Of a DNA stretch of 62,702 nt, positions 28,933 through 39,400 are shown piece by piece. Each line of letters starts with the position of its first letter. Position 1 is the first letter of the stretch. The stretch covers positions 1 to 62,702 of the forward strand of contig JANRJK010000048.1 in the NCBI GenBank assembly GCA_033764015.1. The letters run 5' to 3'. The position numbers and the translations under genes were made by a program. The notes beneath the pieces are model-generated. The model was not told the origin of the DNA. It saw only the letters and a program-made list of their open reading frames with translations, and did no database searches. Origin of the DNA: Candidatus Sumerlaeia bacterium. GTDB taxonomy: Bacteria > Sumerlaeota > Sumerlaeia > SLMS01 > JANRJK01.

Positions 28933-30110
28933 AGTGGACGCCGCTCGCGGAGGATTGGTCCCGGGGCGAGCCCTCGCCCCTCGCGGAGGCGGCCGCCCGC
29001 CGGCGCGCCGCGGGCCTGCCGCTGCTCGACCTCGTGACCGATTGGCCCGACCGCCACGGGATCGTCTTCCCCGCGGAACTGCTCGCCGCGCATTGGGATT
29101 CGGCCCGCGCGGCCCTCGCCGCGTACCGCCCGGACCCGAGGGGCCAGCCCTCCGCCCGCGAGGCCGTCTCCCGCTTCGACGCCCGCCGCGGCGTCTCCAC
29201 CGATCCCGCCCGCGTGGTCCTCACCCCGGGCACCAGCTTCGCCTACTGGGCGCTGCTGCGGCTGCTGGCGGAGCCCGGCGACGACATCCTCGTGCCCCGC
29301 CCGAGCTACCCGCTCTTCGACGATCTCGCCCGCGCCGCCGGCGTCCGGCTGCGCAACTACCACCTCCGCCGCGAGGGCCCCCGCTGGATCCTCGACCCGG
29401 ACGAGGTCGCCTTCCAGTGCACGCCGCGCACCCGCGCGGTCGTGGTCGTTTCGCCGCACAACCCGACGGGCCACGCCGCCTCCTCCGGCGAACTCGACGG
29501 CCTCGCGGCGGTCTGCCGCGACCGAGGCCTACCGCTCCTGGTGGACGAGGTCTTCGCCGAGTTCCCGCAACGCCTCGCGCGCGTCGAGCGCCCCGCCGCC
29601 CGCGCCGGCGCGTTTCCGCTGGTGTGCGCGCTCAACGGGCTGTCGAAGCTGGCGCAGCTCCCCGGCCTCAAGGCCGCGTGGGTCTCCGTCCACGGCGACG
29701 CCGCCGAATCCGCGAAGCTCACCGAGGCGCTCGCCTACCTGCTCGATGCGTTCCTCCCGGTTTCCGAGCCCACGCAGGCGCTGCTGCCGCCGCTGCTCGA
29801 CGCGGTCGACCCCGTGGCGACGGCCTTCGCGGCGGAATTCCGCGCGCGCATGGCGGCGCTTGGGAACGCCCTGGCGGAGGCGGCGCTTCCCTCCGCGGAG
29901 CCCGACGCCGGCGTCTACCGGCTCATCGACACGCCGCACGGCGCCGCTCTCGAGGCGCGCCTGGTCGAGCTGGTCGAGGAACGCGGCGTCCTCCTGCATC
30001 CGGGGCACCTCTACGGACTCGATCCGGGCATCGCGGTCGCCACCGCGGTGGCGCGCCCCGCGGCACTCCGCGACGGCATCGCCGCGGCCGCCCCCCGTTT
30101 GCGCGGCTGA
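28926..30110 (+). CDS. PLP-dependent aminotransferase class I/II
   Basis: 'PSYPLF', 'SPHNPTG', 'DEVF', 'NGLSK..LPGLK..W'. Confidence 0.88.
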   Translation: MVKWTPLAEDWSRGEPSPLAEAAARRRAAGLPLLDLVTDWPDRHGIVFPAELLAAHWDSARAALAAYRPDPRGQPSAREAVSRFDARRGVSTDPARVVLTPGTSFAYWALLRLLAEPGDDILVPRPSYPLFDDLARAAGVRLRNYHLRREGPRWILDPDEVAFQCTPRTRAVVVVSPHNPTGHAASSGELDGLAAVCRDRGLPLLVDEVFAEFPQRLARVERPAARAGAFPLVCALNGLSKLAQLPGLKAAWVSVHGDAAESAKLTEALAYLLDAFLPVSEPTQALLPPLLDAVDPVATAFAAEFRARMAALGNALAEAALPSAEPDAGVYRLIDTPHGAALEARLVELVEERGVLLHPGHLYGLDPGIAVATAVARPAALRDGIAAAAPRLRG

Positions 30111-30128
30111 GAACCCGCGCGCGCGGCG

Positions 30129-32162
30129 TCAGTCGCCTTCCGGCGCGTCCTGCGGCCCCGGTTCCGGCGGAAGATGCAGCACGAACTCCGCGCCGCCCTC
30201 CTCGCGGTTGCGCGCGGTGATGCGCCCGCCGTGGAACTCCGACACGATCGTCTGGACCCAGTTCAGGCCGAGGCCCTCGCCCTCGCCTTCGCCCTTGGTG
30301 CTGTAGCCGAGGCGGAAGATGCCGGCGATCTCGTCCGGCGAAAGCAGCCTCCCGTCGGCGCTGCGGATACCGGGGCCGTTGTCGCGGACCAGCACCCGCT
30401 GCCCTCCCGTCGACGGGTCCGCCTCCGCGCGCAGCTCGATGCGCCAGGCCTTCGACGCGGCCTCCGCTCCGGCGCCCCGCTTCACCGCGTCCAGCGCGTT
30501 GGCCATCAGGTTGAAGAGCGCCAGCTTGAACAGGCGTGGCTCGATGCGAAGCGGCGCGAGCCCCTCCTCCGCGGACGCCTCGACCGTCGCGAGCGCGCTC
30601 GATGAGACCCGGAACAGCGCCGCCGCCTCCGCGCAGAGGTCGGCGAGTTTCGCTTCTTCGAACTTCGGCCGCGAGAGGTACGCGAAGCTCCGGTAAAGGT
30701 TCACGACCTCCTGCATGAAGCGCGTCGTGTCCAGCAGCGATTGCAGCGCCTCGCGGAAGATCGCCTGCTTCGCGGGCGCGGAGGCGATGTCCTCCGGGCT
30801 CATGGCCAGGAAGGTCCGCACCGCCATCAACTCCAGCTTCGCGGTCGCGATGATGTTCGTCAGATCGTGGCCCAGGTTGCGCGAGAGCGAGACGTTCGCC
30901 TTCGACTTCTCCTGCAGGATCAGGCGGCGCCGGGTGTCCAGCCCCTGCGCAGCGACGCGCACCTCGCGGGCCACGCGCTCCATGTAGTCTCGCCACCACG
31001 GGCGGGGCTCCGCGGCGCCCGCCGGCAGGTGGAACAGCAGCAGGTGGGCCACGTCCTCCTCCTGCGAGACCGGAAGCGCCACCGTGCGGCGCACCTTGCC
31101 GTCGCGGTCCGTGAACACGACCGGGAACGAGGCGGGAAGCGGCGCGCCGTCGAGCGCCTGCAGCTCCGCAAGCAGCACCGGCGTGAACGCGTCGGAGGGC
31201 GCCAGCGAGCTTTCCGGATCCTCCGCCGCGCTGACGAGGTGCCATGTGGCCCCGACGCGGGGCGCGCGCCGCAGCGTCATCGCCCGCGCGCCCGCCAGCC
31301 CCGCGCGGCGCGACACGAGCGCCGGCACCTGCGCCAGGAACGCGACCACGTCCGCGTTCGCGTCCGCGCCGGCGGACTCGCGGAGCTCCGCCGCCAACCG
31401 CGCGAGCGCCGCGTCGCGCGCCAGGTTGTTGTACACCTCCTCCAGCAGCGACCGCGTCTCCGGCAGCAGCGCCGCCCCGCCGCCGCTGTCCTCGCCCAGC
31501 GTCCCCACCACCCGGCGCACCGGCAGGACCACCCCGAACAGCAGCGCCAGGTACACCGTGAGCAGCCCCCCGAGCGCGCCCAGCAGCCGAAGCCGCCAGG
31601 CGGACACCTGCGCGTCCATCGCCGCGCGCGTGTCCGGCGACATCGCCTCGCGGGGGAGCGCCGTCAGCTCGACGCGAAGCAGCCCGCGGCGGCTGTCCGC
31701 CTGGTTGCCCGCGAGTTGCGTGATCGTGAATCGGAAGTCGCGCAGCAGCAGGGAGTTGGAAAGATCGTTATTGCGCGCAATGCGCGAGGTGTCGGACCGC
31801 TCGAACAGCACGGTCCCCTCCAGCTCGAAGGAAATGCGGAAGAGCGCCGGATTGTCCGCCAGGATCTGGTCGCACAGGGCGCCGAGCTGCTCCGGCGTTT
31901 CGAGGACGGAGAGCACTTGGACCCTGCGGAGGAACTGGTCCGCGGTTTTCGAGAGGCTGTCGCGCTGCGCGAGGGAGAAGGCCTCGCCGCTTTCGTAGGC
32001 GGCGGCCATGACGGCGCGCTTGTCGCGTTCGAAGCCCAGCCGGTCGATCAGGATCGCGGCGGCGAGCGCGGCGGCGGCGAACAGCAGCGTGGCGGCGCCG
32101 AGCAGCAGGTTGCGCTGGACGCGGCGCCACAAGGGCCGCCCGCGGGCGGTTGCTCCGGGCAC
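30129..32162 (-). CDS. Membrane sensor histidine kinase (two TM helices, periplasmic domain, GAF-like region, HisKA, HATPase)
   Basis: H-box 'LGHDLTN', N-box 'NLMANALDA', G1 'DNGPGI', F-box 'IFRLGYSTK', G2 'GEGLGL'. Confidence 0.9.
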   Translation of the reverse strand: MPGATARGRPLWRRVQRNLLLGAATLLFAAAALAAAILIDRLGFERDKRAVMAAAYESGEAFSLAQRDSLSKTADQFLRRVQVLSVLETPEQLGALCDQILADNPALFRISFELEGTVLFERSDTSRIARNNDLSNSLLLRDFRFTITQLAGNQADSRRGLLRVELTALPREAMSPDTRAAMDAQVSAWRLRLLGALGGLLTVYLALLFGVVLPVRRVVGTLGEDSGGGAALLPETRSLLEEVYNNLARDAALARLAAELRESAGADANADVVAFLAQVPALVSRRAGLAGARAMTLRRAPRVGATWHLVSAAEDPESSLAPSDAFTPVLLAELQALDGAPLPASFPVVFTDRDGKVRRTVALPVSQEEDVAHLLLFHLPAGAAEPRPWWRDYMERVAREVRVAAQGLDTRRRLILQEKSKANVSLSRNLGHDLTNIIATAKLELMAVRTFLAMSPEDIASAPAKQAIFREALQSLLDTTRFMQEVVNLYRSFAYLSRPKFEEAKLADLCAEAAALFRVSSSALATVEASAEEGLAPLRIEPRLFKLALFNLMANALDAVKRGAGAEAASKAWRIELRAEADPSTGGQRVLVRDNGPGIRSADGRLLSPDEIAGIFRLGYSTKGEGEGEGLGLNWVQTIVSEFHGGRITARNREEGGAEFVLHLPPEPGPQDAPEGD

Positions 32163-32192
32163 GGGGCGCGCGCCGCCTCGCCGCCCGCCGGC

Positions 32193-32717
32193 TTAGGGCT
32201 GGTACTCCCCGGTGATCGCCTCGCGCACCACTTCGCGGGCGAACGCGCGCAGCGCCTGTTCGATCTGCCGGGGCTCCGGCTCGTAGGTCGTGGTCCTGGG
32301 GTCGCCGTTCACGATCACGCTCGCGGTCACCTCGCGCGCTCCGCCGATCGGCGGCCGGTCCGCGATGTTCTCGCGCACCTGCAGCTCGCCCCGCACCCGG
32401 TAGCGCATCGTCACCGGCAGGTCGTCCCCGTCCGTGCCGAAGGTCTCGCGCAGGAACTGCGTGATCTTCACCTCGATGTGCGCGTTCGCACGCCCGCGCT
32501 GCACCAGGTCCAGCCGCCCGTCCGCGAGCAGCTCCTCCTGCACATAGCGCGTAAGGTCCTCCTCGATCTGCGGCTCCGAGGAGCGGTTCACCGCCATCGG
32601 CACGTAGACCGACTGGATCGAAGTGGGCAGCGTCCGCGTCCGCGGCACGGTGCCGCAGCCGGACGCGATCGCCAGGCCCGTCAGGGTGAGCAGCATCGCG
32701 AGCGCGCGCATCGTCAT
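32193..32717 (-). CDS. lptE: LptE-like LPS-assembly lipoprotein
   Basis: Lipobox 'ASGCG', 'LP.SIQSVYVP...N.S.EPQIE..LT', C-terminal amphipathic helix. Confidence 0.72.
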   Translation of the reverse strand: MTMRALAMLLTLTGLAIASGCGTVPRTRTLPTSIQSVYVPMAVNRSSEPQIEEDLTRYVQEELLADGRLDLVQRGRANAHIEVKITQFLRETFGTDGDDLPVTMRYRVRGELQVRENIADRPPIGGAREVTASVIVNGDPRTTTYEPEPRQIEQALRAFAREVVREAITGEYQP

Positions 32718-33454
32718 GGCGTTCCGGTCCCCGGGTCGAACGCGCTCCCGCCGCGGGAACGCTCGACGATCTCGACATCGCCCGGGAACTTCGGATCGAA
32801 CAATCCGGCCTCCAGCGTCGGGTTAACGTCCACCGAGGTCAGCGTCATCGTCGTCCGGGCCTCGTCACTGTCCAGCATCAGCACCGAGGGAAGCAAGGTC
32901 CGAGGATCGAACGCGATCGTGATCCGGTCGTAATTCAGCGTCCGCGAGGGATCCTTCGAGCGGAACACCAGCGTCGTCGCGCCGGGCGCACCCTCCTCCT
33001 CCGCCAGGTCCACCTCGAAGAAGCGGTCCACCTGCTCCACCTTCACGCCGAACCCGAGCAGGATCTGGTTGATCGCCGCCGAATCGCCCTTGGGAAGCGT
33101 CGTCGTGTCCACCGTCTTCAGCTCCGGCACGTAGTTCCACATGCGGTCGCCCACGATGTAGAGCGCGCTGGGCGAGACTTTGTCGTTCTTCCCGCGGTAG
33201 TCCGCGCGGAACTTCCCGGGCGCCTCGTAGGCGAAGGTGCCTTCGCTCCTGACTTCTTCGAGGAACACGGGATCGACGCGGAGCTGCTCGAAGGAGCCGC
33301 GCAGCGTGCGCGTGTCGCCGTGGCGCGTCTCGAGGCGGGTGAGGAACTCGCGCGCGGTGGCCCTGCTGTCGGGCGGCGCCGCGGGCGTGGCGTCCTGGGC
33401 GGAAGCCTGCGCGAGCAGCGCGGCGGCGGCGATGGCGGCGGTAAGCGTCCTCAT
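32714..33454 (-). CDS. lolA: Outer-membrane lipoprotein carrier LolA
   Basis: Signal peptide from ATG 33454 (AAGGAG RBS), 'TLRGSFEQ', 'G.F....PGKFR.DY', 'GDRMWNYVP.LK.V', C-terminal 'N..L..GLF....P'. Confidence 0.82.
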   Translation of the reverse strand: MRTLTAAIAAAALLAQASAQDATPAAPPDSRATAREFLTRLETRHGDTRTLRGSFEQLRVDPVFLEEVRSEGTFAYEAPGKFRADYRGKNDKVSPSALYIVGDRMWNYVPELKTVDTTTLPKGDSAAINQILLGFGVKVEQVDRFFEVDLAEEEGAPGATTLVFRSKDPSRTLNYDRITIAFDPRTLLPSVLMLDSDEARTTMTLTSVDVNPTLEAGLFDPKFPGDVEIVERSRGGSAFDPGTGTP

Positions 33455-33694
33455 GCGTCGGCTCCTTGGTCTCCGGATAGGTCCGGCGGCGGCTCGGGAG
33501 AAGCAAGCGGAGTTCCCCCCGGCGCCCAAGGGACCGCCCCCGGCACCGTCCGGTTTGCGCCCGGCGATTCCCGTTTGCGCCCCGCGCGCTTCCGCGCCGA
33601 TAAGCCAATGCTGAATGCCAGCAGCACCCGGGGAGTCCGGTACTCCAATGCCGGCCTCGCACCGCACCCAACCCAACGCGGCGGTCACGGCCAC

Positions 33695-34807
<1,113 letters not shown>

Positions 34808-34957
34808 CCCCCGGCGGCGCCCAGCGGCGTATCCACGGCCGCCGCGCCCACGCGCGGCGGCCGTTCGCGTTCCCCCCTCCCGCCTTGCCCGCAGCGGCTC
34901 CCGCCGCCAACGTGACTACCCACTGAAGTCCACCCTTACGCCGCCCCCCAACCACCC

Positions 34958-36490
34958 ATGCCCGACTTCCCCTTCCTGTCCGACCACAACCGCCTCGTCG
35001 AGGAGCGCTACGCCAAGGTCGACGCGCTCCGCGCCGCAGGCATCGACCCGTACCCGCGCCGCTTCCACGCAACGCACACCGCCGCCGGGATCCACGCGGA
35101 CGCCGACGGGTTCGTCGACTCGCAGCGCGAGGTCGCGCTCCTCGGCCGCGTGCTCGTGATCCGCGCCTTCGGCAAGGCCGCCTTCTTCCCGCTCCGCGAC
35201 CGCTCCGGCCAGATCCAAATCTACGTGAAGAAGGACGAAACCGACGAGGAGGGCTTCCGTATCTACAAGGAGTTCCTCGACGCCGGCGACTTCGTCTGGG
35301 TGCGCGGGACGCCGTTCCGCACGAAGACCGGCGAGCTGACGATCCTCGCCAAGGAGCTGCGCCTCGCGACGAAGACCGTCCGCCAGCTCCCCGAGAAGTG
35401 GCACGGCCTGCAGGACGTCGAGACGCGCTACCGCCAGCGCTACGTGGACCTGATCGCCAACCCGGAGGTGTCGGAGGTCTTCCGCCGCCGGTCGCGCATG
35501 ATCTCCGCCCTGCGGCGCGACCTCGACGCGCGCGGCTTCATGGAGGTGGAAACCCCCATGATGCAGGCGCTCTACGGCGGCGCCGCGGCGAAGCCCTTCG
35601 TCACGCACCACAACGCGCTCGACATGGAGCTCTACCTGCGCATCGCGCCGGAGCTGTACCTCAAGCGCCTCGTCGCCGGCGGCCTCGACCGCGTCTACGA
35701 AATCAACCGCAACTTCCGCAACGAGGGCGTCTCCACCAAGCACAACCCCGAGTTCACCATGCTCGAACTCTACGCGGGCGGGTGGGACTGCCGCGACATG
35801 ATGGACTTCTGCGAGGACGTGCTGCGCGCCCTCGCGCTCACCGCCACGGACGCGGGACACGCCCCGGACGGCGAACGCGAGCCGCTCGACTTCACCAGGC
35901 CCTTCGAGCGCGTTTCGATCCTCGACGCCATCGCGCGCCACGCCGGCTTCCGCGTGCGCTGGGACATGACGTGGGAGGAACTCCGCGCGGCGGCCCACGA
36001 CGTCGAGTTCCCCAAGGAACTCCAGAACCCCGCCGACGGCATCATGCACCTGCTCGACCAGTTCGTCGAAGAGCACCTGCGCCAGCCGACCTTCCTGATC
36101 GACTTCCCCAAGTCCATCAGCCCGCTCGCCAAGTCGCACAGCGACCGCCCCGACGTGGCGGACCGCTTCGAGCTCTACGCCCGCGGCATGGAGATCGCCA
36201 ACGGCTTCAGCGAGCTGAACGACCCCCGCGACCAGTTCGACCGCTTCGCGGAGCAGGTGGACCGCCGCCGCGCCGGCGACGAGGAGGCGGTGGGGCGCAT
36301 CGACGAGGACTACGTCCGCGCGCTCGAGTACGGCATGCCCCCCACCGCCGGCATCGGCATCGGCATCGACCGCCTCGCGATGCTGCTCACCGGCTCGCAG
36401 TCGATCCGCGACGTGATCCTCTTCCCGCTGATGAAGCCCGCCGCGGCGGGGGAGGACGCCCCCGGCGACCCGGCGGCCCCGCCGTCCTGA
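34958..36490 (+). CDS. lysS: Lysine--tRNA ligase (class II)
   Basis: OB-fold 'TKTGELT', 'RYRQRYVDL', 'YLRIAPELYLK', 'FRNEG...HNPEFT', 'YGMPPTAGIGIGIDR'. Confidence 0.98.
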   Translation: MPDFPFLSDHNRLVEERYAKVDALRAAGIDPYPRRFHATHTAAGIHADADGFVDSQREVALLGRVLVIRAFGKAAFFPLRDRSGQIQIYVKKDETDEEGFRIYKEFLDAGDFVWVRGTPFRTKTGELTILAKELRLATKTVRQLPEKWHGLQDVETRYRQRYVDLIANPEVSEVFRRRSRMISALRRDLDARGFMEVETPMMQALYGGAAAKPFVTHHNALDMELYLRIAPELYLKRLVAGGLDRVYEINRNFRNEGVSTKHNPEFTMLELYAGGWDCRDMMDFCEDVLRALALTATDAGHAPDGEREPLDFTRPFERVSILDAIARHAGFRVRWDMTWEELRAAAHDVEFPKELQNPADGIMHLLDQFVEEHLRQPTFLIDFPKSISPLAKSHSDRPDVADRFELYARGMEIANGFSELNDPRDQFDRFAEQVDRRRAGDEEAVGRIDEDYVRALEYGMPPTAGIGIGIDRLAMLLTGSQSIRDVILFPLMKPAAAGEDAPGDPAAPPS

Positions 36491-36557
36491 CGGCTTGCGT
36501 CTAGGCCCCGCCCGCGCCAAGGCTCTCGCAAACACCCCTCGCGGAGCCGCGGCGCGG

Positions 36558-37916
36558 ATGGCGAAGACCGACAGCGCGAAGCCGGGCCAGCTCGACTGGT
36601 TCCTGCACCTGCTCAAGCACCTCGGCTGGGCGGGCACGGAAGGGCGCCGCGCGCAGACGGTCGGCAAGGCCCGCGGCGCGCTCGCCGGCGCCCGCTGCTG
36701 CCCGCTCCTGCTCCCGGGCGGCGCGCCGCTCCTGGTCGTCGCGCTCGACGTCCCGCTTCCCCGCGCCGCCCGCGCCTTCGAAGCCTTCGAGGACCTCCTC
36801 CCGGAGCACCGCCGCGCCGCCGCGCACCTCGCCGCCGAGGGCTTCGCCTCGCGCCACCTCGTCCTCCTCGGACGCGCCGGGGAAGCGCACTTCATCGACC
36901 TCGAGGCGGAGGAGGTCCTCGCCGCCACGGACGGGCGCGAGGGCACCGCCGCCCAAGTGCTCCCGTACTTCGACGCCGGCGCCCTCATGCGCGGATCCAT
37001 GGCCCAGCTCCCGCACAAGGCCCCCTCGCGCCGCGCGCTCGAACTCCAGCGCTGGTGCCGCCTCTGGAGCACCCGACTCGGCGCCGCCGCCAACGCCCCC
37101 CGCGAAGCGGTCGAACTCTTCTTCGAGTGGACGCTCCTCGCGCGCCTCGCGCAGGACACGCACGGCCCCGGCACCGAGAAGGCGCGCTTCGCCGACTTCG
37201 CGCTCGAGGGCCGCCGCCCCGCCCCCAAGCGCTTCCTCCAAGTCCTCTTCGCCCGCCTCGGCGCCGAATGGAACCTGCTCCAGGGCGACGCCGCGGACGA
37301 CGCGCGCAAGTTCCTCCGCGCCGCCGAGGAGCCGCTTCTCCTCGAGTTCCTCGAGCACTTCGCCCTCGTCGGACGCTCCAAGTTCGCCGCCGACATCTTC
37401 GGCGAAGCCTTCGCCGACGAGGAGCTGCGCACGCTCTCCTGGCGCGAGAACCTGCTCGCCGCCGAGCAGCCGCCGCCCGAGCCCGCCGCCGCCCTCGCGC
37501 CCGCCCGCGTCGAACTGGACCGCGAGGGCTTCGCCCTCATGCTCCGCCGCTACGACCAGCTCGTCACCGCGCTCCGCGCGCAGCGCAACGGCCTCCAGGC
37601 GCAGCGCGCCCGCGGCACCGTCGCCGGCCTCCAGCTCGACGCCTTCGGGGTGGACCCCCCGGTCGAGGCGCCGGAGGAGCGGCTCCCGGCCTTCGCCCTC
37701 GCCGAGCTGCTCCGCGTCACCACCCGCGAACCGCGCCGGGAAGCGCTCGCCCGCTCGGTGCTTCTCGCGCGCGCCGTCGAATGGACCCGCCAGCTCGACG
37801 CCCAGCCGAATCCGCTTCCGCGCCTCGCCGGCGCGGCGGTGCTCCTCGAACGCCCCGCGCCCGCCGACCCCGCCGCGGCGCTCCGCCGCGCCGTCGACGC
37901 GGCCGGCAACAACTAG
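36558..37916 (+). CDS. Hypothetical protein resembling an inactivated, C-terminally truncated type IIG restriction-modification enzyme
   Basis: Intact ORF with host-like codon bias. Its segments are collinear with Eco57I/TaqI-like fused R-M proteins but lack the catalytic motifs (see findings). Confidence 0.55.
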   Translation: MAKTDSAKPGQLDWFLHLLKHLGWAGTEGRRAQTVGKARGALAGARCCPLLLPGGAPLLVVALDVPLPRAARAFEAFEDLLPEHRRAAAHLAAEGFASRHLVLLGRAGEAHFIDLEAEEVLAATDGREGTAAQVLPYFDAGALMRGSMAQLPHKAPSRRALELQRWCRLWSTRLGAAANAPREAVELFFEWTLLARLAQDTHGPGTEKARFADFALEGRRPAPKRFLQVLFARLGAEWNLLQGDAADDARKFLRAAEEPLLLEFLEHFALVGRSKFAADIFGEAFADEELRTLSWRENLLAAEQPPPEPAAALAPARVELDREGFALMLRRYDQLVTALRAQRNGLQAQRARGTVAGLQLDAFGVDPPVEAPEERLPAFALAELLRVTTREPRREALARSVLLARAVEWTRQLDAQPNPLPRLAGAAVLLERPAPADPAAALRRAVDAAGNN

Positions 37917-37984
37917 CGCGCCCCCGGTTCCCGTTGACGTGGGGCGGGGCGCGGGGTTTGTCCTCTTTCCGACAGTGCTACTGG

Positions 37985-38165
37985 GCCTGTCGGCGATGAC
38001 CCCCCGCCCCCTCCGGGACGGGAATCAGGTCGGAAGCGGGTGCGAATCCCGCGCGGTGCCGCCGCCGTAACCGGGTACGAAAGCCACAGGGAGCCACTGG
38101 TCCGCGAGGGCCGGGAAGGCGTGGCGAGTAGGATGATCCGGAAGCCGGAAGACCCGCCGACAAGC
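37985..38165 (+). ncRNA. Cobalamin (B12) riboswitch
   Basis: Closing helix TGTCGGCG (37988-95) with CGCCGACA (38155-62); 'GGAAGCGGGTGCGAATCCCGC', 'CCGCCGCCGTAA', 'GCCACTG' (38093-99), 'GGGAAGGC' (38113-20), B12-box 'AGCCGGAAGACCCGCC'. TTGACG lies upstream at 37934. Confidence 0.92.
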
Positions 38166-38311
38166 TGCTTCGCGGAACCTCCCCGAGCAGGGAGGGCGAG
38201 CGGGAGCGGCATCGCCGTTCCATTCCGCGCCAAGCCGTTCGCGGCGAGGCGTTTCCCATTTGAAGCACCAGTGCCCGCGTCGCATCCCGCACCCTTGAAG
38301 GAGGGTCGCAC

Positions 38312-39400
38312 ATGCACCGTGGTACCCCCGCCGCCCTGGCCGCGGCCACACTGGCGCTCGCAAGCGCCGCATCCGCGCAGGTCACGAACCTGCTACCGGG
38401 CTACACCGCGACGGAGGTCGCCCTGCCGGAACCACCCACCGGCAGCGTCGCCGCCGACCCGCGGCGCTCCGACTCGTTCTACGTCTCCGCCGGGTTCTTC
38501 GGCGACACGCGAATCTATCGCCTGACGTTCGGCCCGGGGAGCGCCACTTCCGCCCGCTTGGTGGCGAACGGCGTCGAACCCCTCGCCCCGGGTCGCTTCC
38601 TGCCCCGCATGGACAACGTGCTAGACAGCGGCTTCGGCAGCGTCTGGTTCACCTCGAACCGCCTCGGCGACCTGCTGGTGGTGGACAACGACCTCGGCCT
38701 CGGCGGCGCTTCCTCCGGCGAGGGCGTGTTCCTGCTGCGCGATTACAACCGCGATGGCGACTTCCTCGATATCGTGAACCGCCGTCCGGAGGCGTCCCGG
38801 GTGATCGGCGACCCCATCGCCACCACAGGCGGGAACTTCACCGGATCCGGGATCGCCGTCGGCGCGTCCAGTTGGCTCGTCCCCACTTCGGATGGCCCGG
38901 GCGCCGGCGAGGTGCTTTCGGTCTTCATCGGCGGCGGAAAGGGTCAGCGAGTCTACTACTCCCCGCTTGATTTCGCCTCCGGCATCGTCGCCGATCCGCA
39001 GGGTCGCGTTCTCGTTGGCAACACGGACGGCACCTTCGCCGCTGGCAGCATCACCTACCTCACCGACGCGAACGGCGACGGCGACGCGCTCGATCCCGGC
39101 GAGTCGCAGGTGGTCCCCACACCGCCGATCTACGACCTCGCGCAAACCGGCGCCGGGGCGACCTACCGCCTCGCCGCCAGCACCAACGGCTTCCCGCCGG
39201 CCGTGCAGTTCGTCAACGCGGACGGCTCGCTCACCAAGCTGGCCGACCTGTCGGTCTTCGCCACCGGCATCGCCTTCGACAGCTCGACCCGCAGCTTCCA
39301 GCCCGGCTCCGGGCCGAACGGCAAGCGGCTGCTCCTCACGGACCTGAACAGCTCGACCTTCGCGGGACAGCTCCATGTCATCACCCCGTCCGCTCCTTAA
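38312..39400 (+). CDS. Secreted beta-propeller-like protein with two DxNxDGD motifs, under B12 riboswitch control
   Basis: GAAGGAGG RBS, signal peptide, repeated '(S/T)GIA.D' blade motifs, 'DYNRDGDFLD' and 'DANGDGDALD'. Confidence 0.7.
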   Translation: MHRGTPAALAAATLALASAASAQVTNLLPGYTATEVALPEPPTGSVAADPRRSDSFYVSAGFFGDTRIYRLTFGPGSATSARLVANGVEPLAPGRFLPRMDNVLDSGFGSVWFTSNRLGDLLVVDNDLGLGGASSGEGVFLLRDYNRDGDFLDIVNRRPEASRVIGDPIATTGGNFTGSGIAVGASSWLVPTSDGPGAGEVLSVFIGGGKGQRVYYSPLDFASGIVADPQGRVLVGNTDGTFAAGSITYLTDANGDGDALDPGESQVVPTPPIYDLAQTGAGATYRLAASTNGFPPAVQFVNADGSLTKLADLSVFATGIAFDSSTRSFQPGSGPNGKRLLLTDLNSSTFAGQLHVITPSAP

